Shown here piece by piece: positions 58,659 through 64,000 of a stretch of DNA of 64,000 nt; positions within the stretch are counted from its first letter, which is position 1; every line of letters starts with the position of its first letter. The position numbers were made by a program, and so were the translations under genes. The notes under the pieces are model-generated. The model saw nothing but the letters and a program-made list of their open reading frames with translations. It did no database searches and had not been told where the DNA came from. This DNA comes from an uncultured Candidatus Saccharibacteria bacterium (GTDB lineage Bacteria; Patescibacteriota; Saccharimonadia; Saccharimonadales; UBA4665): NCBI GenBank assembly GCA_963820105.1, contig CAWFYI010000003.1, positions 12,475 to 76,474 on the forward strand, written 5' to 3'.

Positions 58659-58667
58659 TGCTACAAT
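58659..58667 (+). promoter_or_regulatory. Extended -10 element (TGcTACAAT) positioned for a leaderless transcript of the MazG-like gene
   Basis: TG at 58659-58660 and TACAAT at 58662-58667. The ATG at 58674 is 7 nt downstream of the -10 end, and no SD-like sequence lies in between. Confidence 0.35.
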
Positions 58668-58673
58668 ACAGCC

Positions 58674-59006
58674 ATGCAATTTAATGAATATCAGAAAAAA
58701 GCGCTGACCACGGTTATATCGGATGGCAATGAGTTTAATGACCTGCTTCACTGGGTGTTGGGCATAAACGGCGAAGCCGGCGAAGTCGCAGAAAAGGTGA
58801 AAAAAATCATCCGCGACAAAGGCGGAAAAGTGTCGGCGGCCGACAAAAAGGAGCTTGGCAAAGAGATTGGCGACGTACTCTGGTACCTGGCAGTCTTTGC
58901 CCATCACTTAGGCATAAAGTTCGACGACGTGGCCGACGCCAACCTGAATAAACTGGCTGATCGCCACAAACGCGGCGTCCTCGGCGGTGCCGGCGACAAC
59001 CGCTAA
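58674..59006 (+). CDS. MazG-like nucleoside triphosphate pyrophosphohydrolase (single-domain)
   Basis: Motifs are LLHWVLGINGEAGEVAEKVKKIIRD, ELGKEIGDVLWYLAVFAHHLGI and ANLNKLADRHKRG. Confidence 0.8.
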   Translation: MQFNEYQKKALTTVISDGNEFNDLLHWVLGINGEAGEVAEKVKKIIRDKGGKVSAADKKELGKEIGDVLWYLAVFAHHLGIKFDDVADANLNKLADRHKRGVLGGAGDNR

Positions 59007-59062
59007 GATGTACGAGATAGCCGCAGGCAAGACCTATGCCGAATCCGAATACGGCTGGAAAG

Positions 59063-59797
59063 CTAAAGATCGAATTCCATTATGAGGGCCTTGTGGTCCG
59101 AAACCAGTTCGTCTGACACCCTGAAGCTCCGCGTCTTCACGGCTTCGTTCACGAATATATAATCGCAGACCGTGTTCATCGCGCTGAGCGGACTGTAGGT
59201 GCGTTTCAAACCGTTTTCCAGGGATAGGTTAGTGAGCTCTTCGTTGATCAGGGACAGCGATTTGCTGGTAGGGGACAGGTTGAAATCGCCGCACAGAATG
59301 ACAGGGCCTTTAAGTTTCCGGACCACGTCGGCTACTATACGCATCTGCCGCATGGTTTCGTCGTTGCCTTTCTTGGTACCGACGATGTGATATCCGTGGT
59401 GGTTCAGGATATTTAGCGTTTTGCCTTTGACCTTAACGGAGGATACTTGGAGGTTCCGTATGTTGCCGCCGTCGCGTTCGACGTCGAAGTTATCTATATA
59501 TTCCCGGTATGTGAAGATAGTTCCGGTCGAATCAAAAGGCGGCTTGCTTAAGGTGGCGTTGCCGTAGCTGAGCTTACGTTCCATATAACGCGCCGAATAG
59601 GTAGGGGACATAAACTTGTGACCCAGGCCAGCCTCATCTTTGATCTCGTCCAGCGTAGCGAAGAATTTATAACCCGACCGCCCCTGCATGTCGTTGACTT
59701 CCTGCATGCATACGAAATCCGGCTTTTCGGCCTTCAGGAAATCTATAATCTGCTGGCCCAGCTTTCCGCCCCATATGTTGGCCTGTATGATTTTCAC
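59063..59797 (-). CDS. Endonuclease/exonuclease/phosphatase (EEP) family protein
   Basis: GTG start. Motifs are IIQANIWGG, KPDFVCMQEV, ILCGDFNLSP and the C-terminal SDHKALIMEF. Confidence 0.8.
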   Translation of the reverse strand: MKIIQANIWGGKLGQQIIDFLKAEKPDFVCMQEVNDMQGRSGYKFFATLDEIKDEAGLGHKFMSPTYSARYMERKLSYGNATLSKPPFDSTGTIFTYREYIDNFDVERDGGNIRNLQVSSVKVKGKTLNILNHHGYHIVGTKKGNDETMRQMRIVADVVRKLKGPVILCGDFNLSPTSKSLSLINEELTNLSLENGLKRTYSPLSAMNTVCDYIFVNEAVKTRSFRVSDELVSDHKALIMEFDL

Positions 59798-61080
59798 GGT
59801 ACGAACTCATTTCTTAGCCAATCGTCCAGGCTGCCGCCTCCGCCGCCGGCCATGCATACCACCATGTCGCCGGCGTCCAGATGTTTTTGGATGGTCCTCT
59901 TCAATTCTGAGTCGCGTTCCATCGGCGCGGCTATGGAGGGGTCGTCTAAGCGCGAGATCAACTCGGTAGGTGTAATGACGCGTTGGTCAGGGTTCTCGCG
60001 CGCCAGGTAGCTGGGGATCCAGTACAGTTTGCCGGCTCCGTCGAAGCAGTCCTTGTAATCGCCGGCGATGTAGTGCTGGCGCCTGTCGGTCAGCGGCTCG
60101 TAGACGATGATGAGTTTCTGTCCGGTCCGGGCCGCCATCTCGCTGGCAACGCTCATGGCGCCGCGGATCTTTTCCGGCGTATGCGCGTAGTCGCTGTATA
60201 GGTTGGGTATTATCTTTTCCATGCGCCTGGAGAGGCCCGGGAAGCGGTTGGCGGCTTCCAACAGTTTTGTGATAGGGATGTCTGCGGCGCGGTGCACGGC
60301 ATTCACGGCCAGCCAGGCGTCCAGCCGGTTGTACGCGCCGAGCAGGGCAATCTTTCCGACGTGCGGATCATCACTCCTGAGTATCTCCACGCCGCCCCCG
60401 GCCGCGAGCCCCAGATAACCGGCATCTTCTTCCCAAATGTACGTATGCTTGGACTGGGTGATGAACTCGCGGAAGGCCGCCTGGTAGTCCTCACGCGTAG
60501 GAAATATTTCGTGATGGTCCCAGCTAACGCCTGTGACCAGACTGATGGCCGGCTCGTAGGACAGGAAATTGCGGTCGAACTCGTCGGCTTCATAGACGAA
60601 GAATTTGCCCTTAGAGTCGTATTCCCCCATTTCGGCGAACGACGTCTTTGCCGGCAGAAGGTAGCTCACCGGATGGTTCAGCTGCTTGAAGAGCCAGGTG
60701 ACCAGAGCCGTAGTAGTGGTTTTGCCGTGCGTGCCGGTTATGGCGATCATGCTTAAACTCTTTTCTTTGAGTATCCGGTTCAGCAGCTCGTCGCGTTTGG
60801 AGACCTTGATGCCCTGTCCGCGGCAGAAGAGCAGTTCCGGGTGGTCATCCGGCAGGGCGGAGCTATGAACGAACCAATCGATCGGGTGCTTGGCATGGAC
60901 CCCGGCTATACCCTCATACGACTGTCCGACCCGAACGTCCTTGATACCGTGCTTTGCCAGATAGGTTAGGTACTGGGAATCCTGCTGATCGGAGCCGGAA
61001 ACCTCGTAGCCGGCCTGTCTGGCCACCTGGGCGAGCGGACCTATGCCGGCGCCGCCTATCCCCGAGAAGTAAACATGCAT
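59794..61080 (-). CDS. murC: Mur ligase, UDP-N-acetylmuramate--L-alanine ligase-like
   Basis: Motifs are MHVYFSGIGGAGIGPLAQVARQAGYEVSGSD, IAITGTHGKTTTTAL and YSDYAHTPEKI. The start is taken at 61080 (ATG CAT GTT TAC) rather than 61137. Mpl cannot be excluded by eye. Confidence 0.75.
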   Translation of the reverse strand: MHVYFSGIGGAGIGPLAQVARQAGYEVSGSDQQDSQYLTYLAKHGIKDVRVGQSYEGIAGVHAKHPIDWFVHSSALPDDHPELLFCRGQGIKVSKRDELLNRILKEKSLSMIAITGTHGKTTTTALVTWLFKQLNHPVSYLLPAKTSFAEMGEYDSKGKFFVYEADEFDRNFLSYEPAISLVTGVSWDHHEIFPTREDYQAAFREFITQSKHTYIWEEDAGYLGLAAGGGVEILRSDDPHVGKIALLGAYNRLDAWLAVNAVHRAADIPITKLLEAANRFPGLSRRMEKIIPNLYSDYAHTPEKIRGAMSVASEMAARTGQKLIIVYEPLTDRRQHYIAGDYKDCFDGAGKLYWIPSYLARENPDQRVITPTELISRLDDPSIAAPMERDSELKRTIQKHLDAGDMVVCMAGGGGGSLDDWLRNEFVP

Positions 61081-61135
61081 TCTTTCATTATAGAATATGC
61101 CCGCCGTTAAACGGCAGGTATAATCGAACATAAGC

Positions 61136-61747
61136 ATGTACGAACGACATCTTCACCGCCTATGGACCAGGATCCGCCGGATCGGACCGTGGTATTTCCT
61201 GGTTCTGGCGGTAGTTAGCACGGCCGTATGCGTATTCGCGCTGCGGGCCAACAACCAGCACATGATCAAACTGCGCCAAGCCGTCTATGACGCCGACAAG
61301 AACAACACAGGCGTCCAGCAACCGCTGAAGGACCTGCAGTCCTACGTGACCACCCACATGAATACGGACCTGAGCGCCGGCAATACGTCGGTCTATCCGC
61401 CTATACAGCTGCAATACACCTATAACCGGCTGGTGCAGCTCCAGCAGCAGCAACTCCAGCAGCAAAATACATCCGTGTACAGCGAGGCTCAGGCTCATTG
61501 CGAAGCGCTGAACCATACCGACTTCTCCGGGCATAACCGGGTACCTTGTATCGAACAGTACGTAGAGAGCCACGGCGGCAAGCCGGCGCCCGCTATTCCT
61601 GAAGCGCTATACGAATTTTCTTTCGCCAGCCCTAAGTGGTCGCCCGACTTGGCCGGCTGGGCCATGGCAGTAGCCGGACTAAGCGGCCTGCTCTTCGCTA
61701 TAACATTCGCGGCTGAGCGCTGGACCCGCCACCACCGAAACCGTTAG
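61136..61747 (+). CDS. Hypothetical membrane protein (N- and C-terminal TM helices, Gln-rich coil)
   Basis: The TM helices are WYFLVLAVVSTAVCVFAL and AMAVAGLSGLLFAITFAA, with a central LVQLQQQQLQQQ. Confidence 0.5.
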   Translation: MYERHLHRLWTRIRRIGPWYFLVLAVVSTAVCVFALRANNQHMIKLRQAVYDADKNNTGVQQPLKDLQSYVTTHMNTDLSAGNTSVYPPIQLQYTYNRLVQLQQQQLQQQNTSVYSEAQAHCEALNHTDFSGHNRVPCIEQYVESHGGKPAPAIPEALYEFSFASPKWSPDLAGWAMAVAGLSGLLFAITFAAERWTRHHRNR

Positions 61748-61761
61748 GTTAGCTGAAACCC

Positions 61762-62424
61762 CTAAGGGTTGGAAGAACCGGAGTTAGCTTTCTGAGCGTT
61801 GCTACCGCTGTTGGTGCTGGCGCTGCTGCTCTGGTCTACACACTTCTGACCGTTCGGATTCTGCTTCTGGAAAGTCGAGACCGCCTTAGCTACTTGGCCG
61901 CCGTCCTGAAGGTTCTCCCAGAAGGTTACCTGGCTGCTGTTTATGACCATCTGATCGTATGGCTCGTGCAGTTCGCAGCCCAACTTAACCAGAGTGACAT
62001 TACTGCCCGAATTGCTGTTTGAGCCACTGGAAGAGTCTGACGAACCGCTATTAGCAGTCTGAAGATAGTAGATATTCGTTACTCTGAAGTACTTGTCATT
62101 CAGGCTCTTTATGTGTCCGAAGTAGACCTGCCCGGTGTTCAGGAAGATCGCCTGCAGCTTGTTCGTGTCTACGTATTTGCTCTCTGCCTTTACGTTGTTA
62201 TTGCTGGAAAATAGCAGGACTATGACCGCCCCGATCAAGATTGCGATCACCGCCGCCAGCGCGACCGTGAGGGTGCGCATTAACTCGCCCCTTCGGGAGT
62301 CGCCACTCTTATGCTTACTGCTTGGGTTCTTGTTTTCACGCTGACTGGGACCGTTTCCAAGCGATGAATCTCGCGAAACCGGTGCAGAAGCAGGTGATTG
62401 CGCGTTGCGGTTAGAAAAATCCAT
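61762..62424 (-). CDS. Hypothetical membrane-anchored Ser-rich exoprotein
   Basis: The TM is LTVALAAVIAILIGAVIVLLF. The ectodomain has FRVTNIYYLQ...VTLVKLGCELHEP and a Ser-rich tail. Confidence 0.5.
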   Translation of the reverse strand: MDFSNRNAQSPASAPVSRDSSLGNGPSQRENKNPSSKHKSGDSRRGELMRTLTVALAAVIAILIGAVIVLLFSSNNNVKAESKYVDTNKLQAIFLNTGQVYFGHIKSLNDKYFRVTNIYYLQTANSGSSDSSSGSNSNSGSNVTLVKLGCELHEPYDQMVINSSQVTFWENLQDGGQVAKAVSTFQKQNPNGQKCVDQSSSASTNSGSNAQKANSGSSNP

Positions 62425-62533
62425 TGTTTCCTCTATTACACCTATCCATTATTTTTATGCTTACCGACCCAGTGTAATACAAGCGCCTTTGCTAAAGCAA
62501 GGTTAAGAATAGCGACCGATAAGGCACAGGGGC

Positions 62534-62563
62534 TTGACAAAAGAAAACCCACCAGAGTATCTT
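62534..62563 (+). promoter_or_regulatory. Sigma-70-like promoter upstream of the small basic protein gene
   Basis: TTGACA (62534-62539), an 18-nt spacer, then TATCTT (62558-62563). SD GGGAG (62591-62595) lies 6 nt before the ATG at 62602. Confidence 0.4.
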
Positions 62564-62601
62564 AGGGGTACGTTACTAATTGTTAAGAGAGGGAGACTTC
62601 A

Positions 62602-62799
62602 ATGGCATACAAGCACACTAACTCTAAAGGCGTTACTTATTACCTGAACTCCAAGGACGTCACACTCCGCGGCGGCAAGAAGCAGACTATCTACTACTTC
62701 AGCAAGGACAGCCGTCCTGAGGCTACAGATCTGCCATCAGGTATGGAAGTAAATGAAAACCCGCGCAACGGTTTCCTGACCGTCAAGCGCTCCAAGTAA
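62602..62799 (+). CDS. Small basic protein (65 aa, hypothetical)
   Basis: It is a stand-alone unit with promoter-like elements, a strong SD and a clean intrinsic terminator. The sequence MAYKHTNSKGVTYYLNSKDVTLRGGKKQTIYYFSKD is Lys/Tyr-rich. Confidence 0.6.
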   Translation: MAYKHTNSKGVTYYLNSKDVTLRGGKKQTIYYFSKDSRPEATDLPSGMEVNENPRNGFLTVKRSK

Positions 62800-62823
62800 G
62801 TCTCGCCTTACTTACTTAGCACG

Positions 62824-62850
62824 CCCGGTCCTTCGTTGGACCGGGTTTTT
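62824..62850 (+). terminator. Rho-independent terminator
   Basis: CCCGGTCC (62824-62831), loop TTCGTT, GGACCGGG (62838-62845), then TTTTT (62846-62850). Confidence 0.8.
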
Positions 62851-62864
62851 GCTATAGTAGAGCA

Positions 62865-63626
62865 ATGCCCGAGATTATCCTAAAGGTGAAGAATCTCAAG
62901 AAACTGTACGACGGCAAGCCGGCCGTGGACGGTATTTCATTTGAAGTTAAAAAAGGCGAAGTGTTCGGCATACTCGGTCCTAACGGCGCTGGCAAGACCA
63001 CCACGCTTGAAATGATCGAGACCCTGCGCGAGATCGACGGCGGACAAGCGACAGTCGCCGGCATCAACGTAGCCGAACAGCCCAATGTTATTAAACAGGT
63101 TATCGGCGTCCAGCCGCAGACGCCGGCTTTCCAAGACAAGCAGAAGCTGTCGGAAATTATCGAGATGTTCGCGGCGGCTTACGGCGAGAAGGTCGATCCC
63201 AAGGAGTTCCTTGACGACGTACAGCTCGGCGACAAGGCCGGCAGTTTCCCCGAACAACTATCCGGCGGCCAGCGCCAGCGCCTCAGCATCGCCACGGCTT
63301 TGGTGCACAGCCCGAAAGTTTTCTTTCTGGACGAGCCGACCACCGGGCTCGACCCCCAGGCCCGCCGCAACCTCTGGGAGCTGATCGAAGAAGTGCGCGA
63401 CCGTGGCGTCACCATCATCCTGACCACGCATTACATGGAAGAAGCCGAACAGCTCTGCGACCGCGTCGCAATTATGGATAATGGCAAGATTATAGCGCTC
63501 GACACGCCCAAGAAACTGGTAAAGCAATTGCTGGATCGCGGTTTCACCAAGAAGCAGGAGGTTGAACAGGCCGATCTCGAGGACGTCTTCATAGACTTGA
63601 CGGGCAAGGGGCTGAAAGAAGGTTAG
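62865..63626 (+). CDS. ABC transporter ATP-binding protein (ABC-2/DrrA-like exporter subfamily)
   Basis: Walker A is GPNGAGKTTTLEMI, signature is LSGGQRQRLSIA, Walker B is FFLDEPTTGLD, and the H-loop is TTHYMEEA. Confidence 0.9.
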   Translation: MPEIILKVKNLKKLYDGKPAVDGISFEVKKGEVFGILGPNGAGKTTTLEMIETLREIDGGQATVAGINVAEQPNVIKQVIGVQPQTPAFQDKQKLSEIIEMFAAAYGEKVDPKEFLDDVQLGDKAGSFPEQLSGGQRQRLSIATALVHSPKVFFLDEPTTGLDPQARRNLWELIEEVRDRGVTIILTTHYMEEAEQLCDRVAIMDNGKIIALDTPKKLVKQLLDRGFTKKQEVEQADLEDVFIDLTGKGLKEG

Positions 63627-63627
63627 C

Positions 63628-64000
63628 ATGACTATCAGGCAGCAGCTGCGCACCGTAGCCGTCTTTACCAAGCTCAACACCCGCCGCTTTTTCCGCGACC
63701 GTCTGGCCCAGTTCTTCAGCATTTTATTTCCGCTCATATTCCTGTTCGTGTTCGGCAGTTTCAGCAGCGGCAACAACAACGTGTCTTTCAAAGTCGCTCT
63801 GCTTGACCAGTCCCAGACGGCGTTCTCCAAACAGTTCGTGACCCAGTTGGAATCAAGCAAATCATCTTTCAAGGTGCAGAAAGACATCACCGCCATGGCC
63901 GAAGCCAAGGACAAGATGAGCAAAAGCCAGATTGACGGCATCATAACCTTGCCGAAAGATTTTGGTGCGGTGCAGCCGGGTCAAGCGTATCCATCCGGCC
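63628..64000 (+). CDS. ABC-2 type transporter permease, N-terminal part (3' end outside window)
   Basis: The ATG at 63628 lies 1 nt after the ATPase stop, and the frame stays open to the window end. Translation gives MTIRQQLRTVAVFTKLNTRRFFRDRLAQFFSILFPLIFLFVFG, a first TM helix followed by a large external loop. Confidence 0.7.
   Translation, partial: MTIRQQLRTVAVFTKLNTRRFFRDRLAQFFSILFPLIFLFVFGSFSSGNNNVSFKVALLDQSQTAFSKQFVTQLESSKSSFKVQKDITAMAEAKDKMSKSQIDGIITLPKDFGAVQPGQAYPSG

Overview
Gene-dense 64-kb chromosomal window spanning a replication origin. The genome looks compact: many ATGA/4-nt start-stop overlaps and several convergent genes with overlapping stops. Gene content (short YidC, Gram-positive-type T4SS parts, archaeal-type AspRS, many membrane-anchored exoproteins) fits a reduced-genome Gram-positive-like lineage such as Saccharibacteria/Patescibacteria. 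That attribution is inference and cannot be proven from this window. Layout: (1) 1-7.8 kb is the 3' end of a type IV secretion-like cluster: a VirB4-like ATPase fragment, a 1034-aa anchored protein with perfect RGG-type tandem repeats and an M15/VanY-type peptidase end, a 777-aa four-module peptidoglycan hydrolase, and an anchored propeller-like protein. (2) 7.8-13.8 kb holds recF-dnaN-dnaA, a DnaA-box cluster (oriC), then rpmH (missed by the ORF track)-rnpA-yidC-jag. (3) 13.9-47.7 kb is a ~34-kb cell-surface glycan super-locus. It has a Pseudomonas-CPA-like gmd/rmd/wzm/wzt/GT4 module with an embedded tandem bulb-lectin exoprotein, plus wecB, GT2s, Wzx, Wzy-like, WbaP-like, fcl, ugd, uxs, manC, manB, glmS and two GT-C-like giants. 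(4) 48-52.3 kb holds two small HTH regulators, then a cobalamin riboswitch driving a DUF4430-type protein, an alpha/alpha-toroid surface protein and a DUF6580-like membrane protein, coupled to nadD. I consider this the best candidate for an undescribed system (a split transcobalamin-like B12 capture module). (5) 52.3-64 kb is housekeeping and hypothetical genes (DsbA-like, CNNM/CBS, aspS, tsaC, MazG-like, EEP nuclease, murC, ABC-2 exporter). I saw no rRNA, tRNA, CRISPR array, transposase or integrase. All domain calls rest on motif recognition by eye; no searches were run.
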